The notes beneath the pieces were generated by a model, which was not told where the DNA came from, did no database searches, and saw only the letters and a program-made list of their open reading frames with translations. From an uncultured Gammaproteobacteria bacterium (GTDB lineage Bacteria > Patescibacteriota > Microgenomatia > UBA8517 > JACQJR01), in assembly GCA_964442455.1 (NCBI GenBank), contig CAYTZB010000001.1, forward strand, positions 85,910 to 149,909: 64,000 nucleotides of DNA, read 5' to 3'. Made by a program: the position numbers and the translations under genes. This document shows, in pieces, positions 1-8,395 of the stretch. Within the stretch, counting starts at the first letter, position 1. Each line of letters starts with the position of its first letter.

Positions 1-2
1 CG

Positions 3-302
3 ATTAAAGCTGATTTTCAGTGGGTAGATGTTGGTGACTGGGATGTGGTATGGCAATTAACACACAAGGATAATACTGGTAATGCCATAATCCACTTAAA
101 TAGAAAGGGCGACTGGATTGGTATTGAAACAAGCGAGACGCTCGTACAAACAGAAAAGCTTCTTATTGCAACAATTGGTGTTAAGGACTTGATAATTATT
201 GAAACACACGATGCACTTTTAGTAGCCGATAAAAACAAATCCCAATTAGTGAAAGAATTAGTGAATACCTTAAAAGATGAAAGAAAAGATAAATTTCTGT
301 GA
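3..302 (+). CDS. C-terminal fragment of a ManC/CpsB-like sugar nucleotidyltransferase (5' end outside window)
   Basis: The frame is open from the window edge to the stop at 300-302. FQWVDVGDWDVV and IIIETHDALLVADKN resemble the C-terminal part of mannose-1-phosphate guanylyltransferases. A sugar transferase gene is adjacent. Confidence 0.4.
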   Translation: MKADFQWVDVGDWDVVWQLTHKDNTGNAIIHLNRKGDWIGIETSETLVQTEKLLIATIGVKDLIIIETHDALLVADKNKSQLVKELVNTLKDERKDKFL

Positions 303-329
303 CTAAAAAATAGTGAAAGGTTGGGTATT

Positions 330-974
330 ATGAAAGATGATTACGATACCATTAAACGAGCTATGGATATTTTTTTTGCCATTTTTCTAGGCATCATCTT
401 TTTGCCGGTTATGGCTGTGGTAGCCGTTGCAATAAAACTTACGTCCCTTGGTCCAATTTTAGCTCAAACACCAATGAGGATGGGTAAAGATGGGAAACTT
501 TTTCGTTTGTATAAGTTTCGTTCAATGGTTGCAAATGCACACGAGTTGTTGACGAATGACCCAAAATTTAGGAAACTGTATGAAGAGTACAAAAAGTCGG
601 GGTATAAATTGAGGGAAGATCCGAGAGTTACGTCGGTTGGTCGCATTATCCGCCGCCATTCTCTTGATGAGTTGCCGCAACTTTTTAATGTATTGAGGGG
701 CGAGATGAGTATTGTGGGTCCGAGACCTTATTACCTTGATGAATTGCGCGAGCAACAAAAGCGCTATTCAGGAACGCACGAGTTAGTTCGCGAGGTACTG
801 TCCGTTCGACCGGGTATCACAGGGCTCTGGCAAGTATCTGGTCGTTCAGAGATTAATTTTGAGAAACGGATTACACTGGATGCGGAGTACGCTCGCCGTA
901 AATCGCTGTTACTTGACTTGAGTATCTTAATTAAAAGCCCGTGGGTGATGATAACCGGAAAAGGAGCGGTATAA
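330..974 (+). CDS. Polyprenyl-phosphate sugar-1-phosphate transferase (bacterial sugar transferase family)
   Basis: An N-terminal TM helix is followed by the family hallmark LYKFRSM...DPRVTSVGRIIRRHSLDELPQLFNVLRGEMSIVGPRP. ATG 330 is preferred over TTG 321. Confidence 0.85.
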   Translation: MKDDYDTIKRAMDIFFAIFLGIIFLPVMAVVAVAIKLTSLGPILAQTPMRMGKDGKLFRLYKFRSMVANAHELLTNDPKFRKLYEEYKKSGYKLREDPRVTSVGRIIRRHSLDELPQLFNVLRGEMSIVGPRPYYLDELREQQKRYSGTHELVREVLSVRPGITGLWQVSGRSEINFEKRITLDAEYARRKSLLLDLSILIKSPWVMITGKGAV

Positions 975-980
975 TGAAGT

Positions 981-3002
981 ATGAAAAAACAAGAAGAAAT
1001 AATCGGTGAAAATTTGTTAGCAAAGGAAGAGGTCAACCAACCACAGAATTCTACGGGAGAAAGTTCCAAACCCGTTTTGCAACAACTTCCAACCATTGGA
1101 AAGAAACTGTCCATCAGCGCTCTTGCCGGAACTCTAGGGGTTGGCCAAAACAAAAAGGTATGGATAATAACAAGTGCAATAGTTCTTATCCTGCTCTTCT
1201 TTGCTATGCTCCCATTGTTTGGTGTGGTACGCGCGGTGGGTAAACTCTCGCGAACAGTCAAACAAGTTCAGGATGGTTTCCGTGCACAAGATTTAGGGTT
1301 AGTGAAGCAGGGTTTAACACAGCTTGACAGTGATCTTACTGGGTTTGAGAGAAGTTTAACGCCACTGGTGTGGGTGAGAGTTCTCCCTTGGGTTGGTCTC
1401 TATTGGCGTGATGCAAAACAAGCTACTGTCGCAGCAAGAGAGGGCATTGAGGCTGCACAGATTCTTATTCCCGCAGTTGAGCCATTTGCTGATATTTTAG
1501 GATTTGGAGGAGCTGCTCCGCCATCTGGTGAAGCGGACGGTGCAAAAACAGCGGAGGAACGTATTGACTTTATTGTTGCTTCTTTGCCCTCAGTTTTGCC
1601 AAAAATTGACGAGGTAAAAGGAAAACTTATTACTGCGCGAGATGCCATTAATACTATTGATGCTTCCCGCTACCCCGCTACATTCCGTGGGAAACAGATA
1701 CGTTCAACAGTGCTCACCTTACAAACGTTTATTAGTCAAGCGAGCTCGCTTTTGGTGGATGGTAAGCCACTCTTGGAACGTCTTCCTTACCTTCTCGGTA
1801 TGGAGGCGGAGCGCACCTACTTAGTGATATTTCAAAATGACAAAGAATTGCGTCCGACAGGCGGTTTTATGACTGCATACTCCTTAATGAAAGTCAAAAG
1901 CGGCAAAATTCAGCCGGTAAACTCAGATGATATTTACAACCTCGACAAGCGATACCGTGCCCATATCACCGCACCCAAACCCTTCCTTACCCATATTAAG
2001 CAGCCCTACGGTGCCAATCCTAATTGGCGGCTGCGGGATATGAACTGGTCGCCTGATTTTAAGACGGCAATAAGCTTATTTATTGAGGAAGCAAAGACAG
2101 CTGGGCTCAAGGAAGTAGATGGAGTTATTGCGGTTGATACTAATATACTCGTGTCACTCCTTGAGGTGACGGGCCGAATTGGTGTGCCAGAACAAGGGAA
2201 TTTCTCAGCAGAAAAAGACCCTCGCTGTGATTGCCCTCTGGTGATTTATGAGCTTGAGTCATATGCTGATGTTGAGAAACCGATTGTGTGGGATCCAAAC
2301 ACCGGTAAAATTGTGTATGGAGAAATTGTTGATAACAGAAAAGCGATACTTGGACCACTGGTTAATTCCGTTATCGCCAATTCCCTCGCGCAACCAAAAG
2401 AAAAAGTTCCTGTCCTTGCCCAAGCAGTTCTTTCGAATTTAATGGACAAGCACGTACTGTTCTACATGTTTGATGAGGATACGCAGAAAGCAATAGAGAC
2501 ATTTAACGTGGGAGGAAGAGTGAAAGATACGAAGGGAGATTATCTTCAAATTGTTGATGCAAATATTGGTGGTCGCAAAGCCAACTTGTATGTTCAGCAA
2601 GAGGTGGTAGATAAAGTTACGAAAAAGGGTGATAAAGTCGTACATGAGCTTGAAATTACCTATAAAAATCCACAAAAACATGACGGATGGCTCAATTCGG
2701 TGCTTCCTAACTTTATGCGTGTGTATGTCACACCTGGAGCAAAACTCATTTCTTCCTCTGGTGCTGGAGATATAGAGACTTCAGAGGAATTTGGTAAAAC
2801 CGTATTTAATGGATTCTTTGAACTTCGACCCGAAGGAGTAGTAAAAGTGATGCTTGAGTACGAAGTGCCCAAGGTGGGAGAGCCTTATACATATCTTGTT
2901 CAACAACAACCGGGTAAACCTGTATCACGCTATACCATTACTGTCGGAAAGGACAGCGAGGAGTTTGAACTGAAGAATGACCGGCAACTTCGTTTTCATT
3001 GA
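981..3002 (+). CDS. DUF4012-family membrane-anchored envelope protein
   Basis: 673-aa ORF with an N-terminal TM segment (IITSAIVLILLFFAMLPLFGVV). The central motif LVIFQNDKELRPTGGFMTAYSLMKV is typical of DUF4012. Confidence 0.65.
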   Translation: MKKQEEIIGENLLAKEEVNQPQNSTGESSKPVLQQLPTIGKKLSISALAGTLGVGQNKKVWIITSAIVLILLFFAMLPLFGVVRAVGKLSRTVKQVQDGFRAQDLGLVKQGLTQLDSDLTGFERSLTPLVWVRVLPWVGLYWRDAKQATVAAREGIEAAQILIPAVEPFADILGFGGAAPPSGEADGAKTAEERIDFIVASLPSVLPKIDEVKGKLITARDAINTIDASRYPATFRGKQIRSTVLTLQTFISQASSLLVDGKPLLERLPYLLGMEAERTYLVIFQNDKELRPTGGFMTAYSLMKVKSGKIQPVNSDDIYNLDKRYRAHITAPKPFLTHIKQPYGANPNWRLRDMNWSPDFKTAISLFIEEAKTAGLKEVDGVIAVDTNILVSLLEVTGRIGVPEQGNFSAEKDPRCDCPLVIYELESYADVEKPIVWDPNTGKIVYGEIVDNRKAILGPLVNSVIANSLAQPKEKVPVLAQAVLSNLMDKHVLFYMFDEDTQKAIETFNVGGRVKDTKGDYLQIVDANIGGRKANLYVQQEVVDKVTKKGDKVVHELEITYKNPQKHDGWLNSVLPNFMRVYVTPGAKLISSSGAGDIETSEEFGKTVFNGFFELRPEGVVKVMLEYEVPKVGEPYTYLVQQQPGKPVSRYTITVGKDSEEFELKNDRQLRFH

Positions 3003-3046
3003 GGCGAATAGTTTTCATCTTCCTTGGGTTTTAATTGTCCATAACG

Positions 3047-3595
3047 ATGAGAGAGAAAACATACAAGGCTGAGGCGATTATCTTGGCCCGTCGTAATATA
3101 GGGGAGGCGGACAGGCTTCTTACGGTCTTTTCGAAGCATAATGGAAAGTTACGGATCATTGCAAAAGGAGTAAGGCGACCGACGAGTAGAAAACGAGGGT
3201 CTTTAGAGCTCTTTGCCTGCGTGCGACTTTTTCTGGTAAAAGGAAAAACGTTTGATATTGTGACCGAAGTAGAATTAAAAGAGAATTTTAATTCGTGGAG
3301 GGAGAGTTTGGTGCGTGTGGGTGTTGCCTACCATCTTGCAGAGGTGGTTAGTAAATTGACCAGAGAAGATCAAGAAAATAAAGTTGTTTATGGTATCCTC
3401 TTTAACGCTTTCTCACGATTGCACATAATAAATTATTGGCAATTGCATCATTTTATTTCGGAATTTAAGCGCCAGATTTTAGTCGAGCTTGGGTTTTTAG
3501 GAAGAAGTAAGGAGGAGAAAGAGCTTGATGACTATATCGAAGAGCTAACTCAGAGTAAACTCCGCACAAAGAGATTTTTACGCTCCCTTTCCTAA
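3047..3595 (+). CDS. recO: DNA repair protein RecO
   Basis: The N-terminal OB-fold signature AIILARRNIGEADRLLTVFSKHNGKLRIIAKGVRRPTSRKRGSLELF matches RecO. ATG 3047 is preferred over TTG 3035. Confidence 0.7.
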   Translation: MREKTYKAEAIILARRNIGEADRLLTVFSKHNGKLRIIAKGVRRPTSRKRGSLELFACVRLFLVKGKTFDIVTEVELKENFNSWRESLVRVGVAYHLAEVVSKLTREDQENKVVYGILFNAFSRLHIINYWQLHHFISEFKRQILVELGFLGRSKEEKELDDYIEELTQSKLRTKRFLRSLS

Positions 3596-3676
3596 GTTTG
3601 TCTAACTTCTATATGAGAACAGAATTTGTCATCCTTCTATTTTTTTAATTTCTTTTCTGATATCATAAACTCAGGT

Positions 3677-4978
3677 ATGGTTACCATGGAAAAAATTGTG
3701 GCTCTTTGTAAGCGGCGAGGATTTGTATATCCGGGGAGTGAAATTTATGGAGGAGTGGGAGGATTTTGGGACTTTGGGCCGTTAGGTGTAGTCCTCAAAA
3801 ACAATATTAAAAAAGCATGGTGGAAGGCAATTGTAAAACAGCGAGAAGATGTCTATGGACTTGATTCTTCAATTATTCATAATCCTAAGGTATGGGAAGC
3901 CTCGGGGCATACACTTTCATTTACTGACCCTCTTGTCGAGTGTAAATCATGCCATCAAAGGTTTAGAGCTGACAAGATTAAAACAAACCCCGAAGGGGTG
4001 CCTTCGGCATGTCCAGAGTGTGGTGGAAAATTAACAGAAGTAAAGCAGTTTAACCTCATGCTTCAAACGCATGTTGGACCGGTTGAGGATTCGTCGACGT
4101 TGACCTATCTTCGTCCTGAGACAGCCCAAGGAATCTTTATCAATTTTGCGAATGTGGTAGACAGCATGCATCCCAAAATTCCATTTGGTATTGCTCAAGT
4201 GGGAAAAGGGTTCAGAAACGAGATTACCCACGGTGATTTTATTTTTAGAGATAGAGAATTTGAAATGATGGAGCTTGAGTATTTTGTAAGACCAGGAGAA
4301 GACAGCGACTGGCATGACAAATGGATTGAGAATAGAATGGCATGGCACAAAAGTATGGGTCTATCCGAAAAACATCTAAGGCTTTATGAACATCCTAAAC
4401 AGAGTTTATCTCATTATTCAAAACGTACAGTCGATATTGAATATGAATTTCCCTTTGGATGGGCAGAACTTGAGGGGATTGCAAACAGGGCGGATTTTGA
4501 TTTAAAAAATCACGAGTTACACTCGGGTCGTGATTTGTCATTTACAGATGAAGAAGGAAGTAAATTCTACCCCTTTGTTATTGAGCCATCGTTGGGTGTT
4601 GAACGCATGATGCTTGCACTGTTGTCTGAGGCGTATACCGAGGAGAAGGACCGCGTGGTATTACAACTTACCCCAAAACTCGCACCACATAAAGTTGCAG
4701 TATTTCCGTTAGTTGCCAATAAACCTGATTTAGTAAATAAAGCGCATTCTGTCTACTCACAACTTAGAACTCATAACTCATTACCAATTATTTGGGATGA
4801 TCGCGGGAACATTGGAAAGAGATATTACGCCCAAGACGAGATTGGAACACCGTGGTGCGTAACAATTGATTATCAAACTTTGGAAGATGATACCGTAACG
4901 GTGCGCGACAGGGATACAACTAAGCAGGAAAGGGTAAAGTTGGAGCAGTTGAAATCAGTTATTGACAAGAGATTATAA
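3677..4978 (+). CDS. glyQS: Glycine--tRNA ligase (homodimeric class II, GlyQS type)
   Basis: MEKIVALCKRRGFVYPGSEIYGGVGGFWDFGPLG, FRNEITHGDFIFRDREFEMMELEYF and a C-terminal anticodon-binding region are present. The start is ATG 3677 or 3686; the ORF-track TTG 3626 is unlikely. Confidence 0.9.
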   Translation: MVTMEKIVALCKRRGFVYPGSEIYGGVGGFWDFGPLGVVLKNNIKKAWWKAIVKQREDVYGLDSSIIHNPKVWEASGHTLSFTDPLVECKSCHQRFRADKIKTNPEGVPSACPECGGKLTEVKQFNLMLQTHVGPVEDSSTLTYLRPETAQGIFINFANVVDSMHPKIPFGIAQVGKGFRNEITHGDFIFRDREFEMMELEYFVRPGEDSDWHDKWIENRMAWHKSMGLSEKHLRLYEHPKQSLSHYSKRTVDIEYEFPFGWAELEGIANRADFDLKNHELHSGRDLSFTDEEGSKFYPFVIEPSLGVERMMLALLSEAYTEEKDRVVLQLTPKLAPHKVAVFPLVANKPDLVNKAHSVYSQLRTHNSLPIIWDDRGNIGKRYYAQDEIGTPWCVTIDYQTLEDDTVTVRDRDTTKQERVKLEQLKSVIDKRL

Positions 4979-5006
4979 ATAGTAAATAGTAAATGATACA
5001 TACCTC

Positions 5007-5735
5007 ATGAAATCGTATCTGCCCATTTTTTTATTGGTTGGAGGGTTGCTTGTTATTTCGTTGGTAGGGTTTGCAGTATTTAACCTTCGCTCCAAAGAAA
5101 CTCCAGTTGAGAATGAGGAAGAAATTGTTCCTTCTGTTCCCGCCCCCTTTATAATACTAACTCCTGATAGTGCTGGTCGTGAGCTAACACTCAATGTTTC
5201 AAAGATTGACCAAACTGCTGCGAGCCTTGAATATGAGCTTGTCTATAATACTCAAGCAAATGTCCTCCAAGGGGTGCCAGGAACGGTTGATGTAACCGGA
5301 CAAGCGAGTATTTCTCGTCAATTGACGTTAGGAACCTGCTCATCTGGTGTGTGTCGATATGATAAGGGAGTAAAAGACATCACGCTCACCATTCGTCTTC
5401 GCAATAAAAGTGGAAAACTGCTTAATAAGTTTAGTAGTGGAGTTTCCCTTTCAACGAAAGAAAAGAAGCTTTCAGCAACCGACGGAAAGTTTACGCTTAC
5501 ACTAGATAAAACACCTACGGGATATTATGTCGTTACTCAAACAGGTAGCGCTCCAAGTGGCGCTCCTGGAGAGTTGACCAGCGGTCCTTATGGAGTCTTT
5601 GCCAGCGGAGGCACGTTGCAAAGCGGCACAGTTACACTTACGGGAGTAAAAATTTATCTGTGGGATGGAAAGGCATGGCAAGAACTCAGTTCTGGGAAGA
5701 CAAAGACGTTAGGAGTGTTTATTGCTACACAATAG
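5007..5735 (+). CDS. Hypothetical membrane-anchored/secreted protein
   Basis: 242-aa ORF with an N-terminal hydrophobic helix (LPIFLLVGGLLVISLVGFAVF). No recognisable catalytic motif. Confidence 0.5.
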   Translation: MKSYLPIFLLVGGLLVISLVGFAVFNLRSKETPVENEEEIVPSVPAPFIILTPDSAGRELTLNVSKIDQTAASLEYELVYNTQANVLQGVPGTVDVTGQASISRQLTLGTCSSGVCRYDKGVKDITLTIRLRNKSGKLLNKFSSGVSLSTKEKKLSATDGKFTLTLDKTPTGYYVVTQTGSAPSGAPGELTSGPYGVFASGGTLQSGTVTLTGVKIYLWDGKAWQELSSGKTKTLGVFIATQ

Positions 5736-6546
5736 GTCTTGGTGCTGGTGGTCTTGCGACGGCTTCAAATCCTTTTACCCAACAACCTTGTGGGTCTTCT
5801 TGTTTTCCGCAGTAACTATAGAGAGTAAGTAATTCCTGTATAAATTTATCAAGTTTAAGACCCTTAGTTAAGAGACCTGTCTTATTATCGTAGATAATTA
5901 CTTTTTCTATTGTTTCCCTCCATGCTTGTGCCTCAGTGAGGGCAAATATATCTTTTCCATCCATAGAGAGATAGTCTCCAAATGAAATTCCCTGAGCGCG
6001 AGCGTTTTCCGCTTCGCGTTCCAAAAGTTGCCATTGCCGATACGAAGCAAAAAGATGTAGTCCCAGAGCTTCTGGTGATCTCGAACTTATCAGATTTTCA
6101 TTGGTAGTTAAGGAATATTCCCATGACTCCTCTGTCGGGAACTGCACGCCACCCCACAGTGGGCGAGGAAGTGGGGGGTCAAATGTCTGGCCGTTAAATG
6201 CGTTTTCCGTAAAATAAAGATTGAGTTTCCAGCCAAGGGTGGGTATAGTATTTCCTGCTTCTTGTAGTTTTGGGTGCGGCGACTCCATGAGTGTAAGGAT
6301 TGCGATACCCAATTGGGTATTAATTTCTCGCACTGCACTATCTATCCGCCATTCAGCGGGAGCAGGAGAGAAAAATTGAGGAAGTTTTTCTGCAAGGGTA
6401 TACAGTGTGCGAGTGTCTTGAAACTCGTGTTGTGCTGAAAATTTTTCAAATACGGCTCTTATTCCAATAGTCCCCGCAAGGAACGTTAGTCCTGCAAAGA
6501 GAACACGCCATCTTGTGTCAATTTGCCCAAGCCGTTCTCTATTCAT
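5725..6546 (-). CDS. Hypothetical protein with N-terminal TM anchor
   Basis: 273-aa ORF, convergent with the previous gene and overlapping it by 11 nt. It has an N-terminal hydrophobic segment. No family recognised. Confidence 0.45.
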   Translation of the reverse strand: MNRERLGQIDTRWRVLFAGLTFLAGTIGIRAVFEKFSAQHEFQDTRTLYTLAEKLPQFFSPAPAEWRIDSAVREINTQLGIAILTLMESPHPKLQEAGNTIPTLGWKLNLYFTENAFNGQTFDPPLPRPLWGGVQFPTEESWEYSLTTNENLISSRSPEALGLHLFASYRQWQLLEREAENARAQGISFGDYLSMDGKDIFALTEAQAWRETIEKVIIYDNKTGLLTKGLKLDKFIQELLTLYSYCGKQEDPQGCWVKGFEAVARPPAPRPIV

Positions 6547-6672
6547 GAAAGTGTGAGATACTCACAAAAAAAACCTGGCTGATGCCAGACTTTTACAAAC
6601 CCAAAGTACCTTTTTATATTTATACCACATTTTGTACTAAAAGTCAACACCCCGATAGTGGAATTTCCCCTC

Positions 6673-6701
6673 TTGACAAGTGCGTGAAAACCCTTCAAAA
6701 T
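6673..6701 (+). promoter_or_regulatory. Candidate dcw (Pmra-like) promoter
   Basis: TTGACA (6673-6678), a 17-nt spacer, then CAAAAT (6696-6701), directly upstream of mraZ. Confidence 0.55.
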
Positions 6702-6723
6702 GGAGAAAAGTGGGGAAAAGTGG
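6697..6723 (+). promoter_or_regulatory. Three MraZ-box-like direct repeats (AAAATGG / AAAGTGG / AAAGTGG) at exact 10-bp spacing
   Basis: The repeats lie at 6697-6703, 6707-6713 and 6717-6723. Published MraZ operators are triple direct repeats containing GTGG/TGGG with about 10-bp phasing, located at the mraZ promoter. Confidence 0.55.
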
Positions 6724-6762
6724 AGGACGTCAAACGTCCTAAAGGAAATCTGCCCGTATGAA

Positions 6763-7209
6763 GTGCTCATTGGATATTACCTTACCAAACTGGATGAGAA
6801 AGGACGGCTGGCAGTTCCCAAGCGGTTCAGGGGAGAGCTTGGGGAAAAGCTTGTCGCTGCCCGCTGGTATGAGGGCTGTATCCTTTTGGTGGATAGGAAA
6901 GTATGGCAAAGTTTGGTCGCTCGTCTTACCGGGGGTGAACTTGCCACCCTCTCTGCTCGGGATACTGACAGGTTTTTGCTTGCTGGCTCTTTTGAAATTG
7001 ACTTGGACAAACAAGGCAGGTTTGTAGTGCCTGAGTCATTACGAGGGTATGCACAACTCGCCCAAGAGGTTGTATGTGCAGCATTAGGAGATAGGGTAGA
7101 ACTATGGAGCAAGAGTGCATGGGAAGAACGGGAGAAAGTGTTGTTGAAAGAATCAGGTGAGAAGATAGAAAAGTTGTATAGGGAGAGAAAGGGAAATGCG
7201 CGAACATGA
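6763..7209 (+). CDS. mraZ: Transcriptional regulator MraZ
   Basis: Both duplicated SpoVT/AbrB-like halves are present: LDEKGRLAVPKRFR and LDKQGRFVVPESLR. A GTG start at 6763 gives the canonical N-terminus (M)LIGYYLTKLDEKGRL. The ORF-track ATG 6700 lies inside the operator/-10 region. Confidence 0.85.
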   Translation: MLIGYYLTKLDEKGRLAVPKRFRGELGEKLVAARWYEGCILLVDRKVWQSLVARLTGGELATLSARDTDRFLLAGSFEIDLDKQGRFVVPESLRGYAQLAQEVVCAALGDRVELWSKSAWEEREKVLLKESGEKIEKLYRERKGNART

Positions 7210-8101
7210 ACCGGTTTTACTTAATGAAGTTCTAGAGTTTTTGAACGTTAAAAATGGTGGTCGCTACATTGATGCGACAGTCGGTGCTGGAGGACATGCA
7301 GGAGAGATTTGTCGTAGAGGTGGTAAAGTTTTGGGAATGGATTGGGACAAGGAGTCATTGGCTATAGCGAAACGACATCTTAAGGACGTCTGCCCTGATG
7401 TCGTTTTAGTACATGCAAATTTCGGCAAGATTGCCGATGTTGCCAAAGTTCATGGGTTTGTCCCGGTAGACGGAGTGCTCTTTGATCTCGGTATTTCGAG
7501 TATGCAATTGAAAGACGAGCGGCGTGGCTTTTCTTTTCAAACTGATGCACCGCTTGACATGCGGATGAATAAAAAAGAGCAAGGTGTAACAGCCGCTGAT
7601 CTGCTAAACGGTTTGCGAGAGGACCAGTTGTATGAATTATTTATTCAAACGACTCAAAAAAACGTTGCTCGGGCAGTTGCTCGTGCTGTTGTTCGCTCCC
7701 GTAGAAATAAGAGAGTTGAGCGGACGAGCGAATTAGTTAATTTAGTGAGTCAAGTTTATTCCGCCAGGAACAAGCTTGCTTACAGAGGGAGAGCAAGAAA
7801 GATTAGCCCGGCAACGACAATTTTTCTGGCACTCCGGATGGCAGTTAATTCGGAGCTTGAAAATTTAGAAAAAGGACTTGAGGGAGCTCTCAATGTACTG
7901 GGTTTTGGGGGAAAACTTGTTGTTATCAGTTTTCATTCCGGAGAGGATAGAATTGTTAAAAATTTCTTAAGAGAAAAACAAAAAAGTGGCATGTTACACA
8001 TTTTGACCAAAAAGCCGCTAACGCCGCAAGACGCGGAAATACAAAAGAATCCAAGAGCCCGGAGCGCAAAACTGCGCACAGGAGAAAAATTAAGAATATG
8101 A
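7196..8101 (+). CDS. rsmH: 16S rRNA (cytosine1402-N4)-methyltransferase RsmH
   Basis: HEPVLLNEVLEFL, YIDATVGAGGHA, DLGISSMQL and ISFHSGEDRIVK motifs are present, in the conserved position after mraZ. Confidence 0.9.
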   Translation: MREHEPVLLNEVLEFLNVKNGGRYIDATVGAGGHAGEICRRGGKVLGMDWDKESLAIAKRHLKDVCPDVVLVHANFGKIADVAKVHGFVPVDGVLFDLGISSMQLKDERRGFSFQTDAPLDMRMNKKEQGVTAADLLNGLREDQLYELFIQTTQKNVARAVARAVVRSRRNKRVERTSELVNLVSQVYSARNKLAYRGRARKISPATTIFLALRMAVNSELENLEKGLEGALNVLGFGGKLVVISFHSGEDRIVKNFLREKQKSGMLHILTKKPLTPQDAEIQKNPRARSAKLRTGEKLRI

Positions 8102-8394
8102 TGAAATTGCCTACCATTACTCAATATTCAGCCTTGCTTGTTGTTGTTCTTTTAGTCGTACAAATTCTGGTCAGCGTGATCTTTTCAAGTGCAGGTGTGA
8201 CATTAGGCGAGCTTGAAACAAAGGTCTCACAGTTGTCATTTGAAAATCAATTACTGGAAGAGAGGGTGGCGGCATCTGGGTCACTCCAAGAGATTGCGAA
8301 GCGAGCAACTGAGCTTGGATTTATATCTTCAGCCACCGCGTATCTGCCCCCAGAGACACCTCACGCACAGATACTTACCACGCAGAGCCGTTAA
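8098..8394 (+). CDS. ftsL: FtsL-like cell division protein
   Basis: 98 aa with one TM helix followed by a coiled-coil-like segment (LGELETKVSQLSFENQLLEERV). It occupies the conserved slot between rsmH and ftsI and overlaps both neighbours (ATGA-type junctions). Confidence 0.5.
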   Translation: MMKLPTITQYSALLVVVLLVVQILVSVIFSSAGVTLGELETKVSQLSFENQLLEERVAASGSLQEIAKRATELGFISSATAYLPPETPHAQILTTQSR

Positions 8395-8395
8395 T

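Noticed and set aside
8213-8395. ORF-track extension of ftsI upstream of ATG 8396.
   Set aside because: It overlaps the ftsL coding frame completely. MDNRARFVGILLGAGTLLLIG gives the expected short cytoplasmic tail plus TM anchor of class B PBPs.
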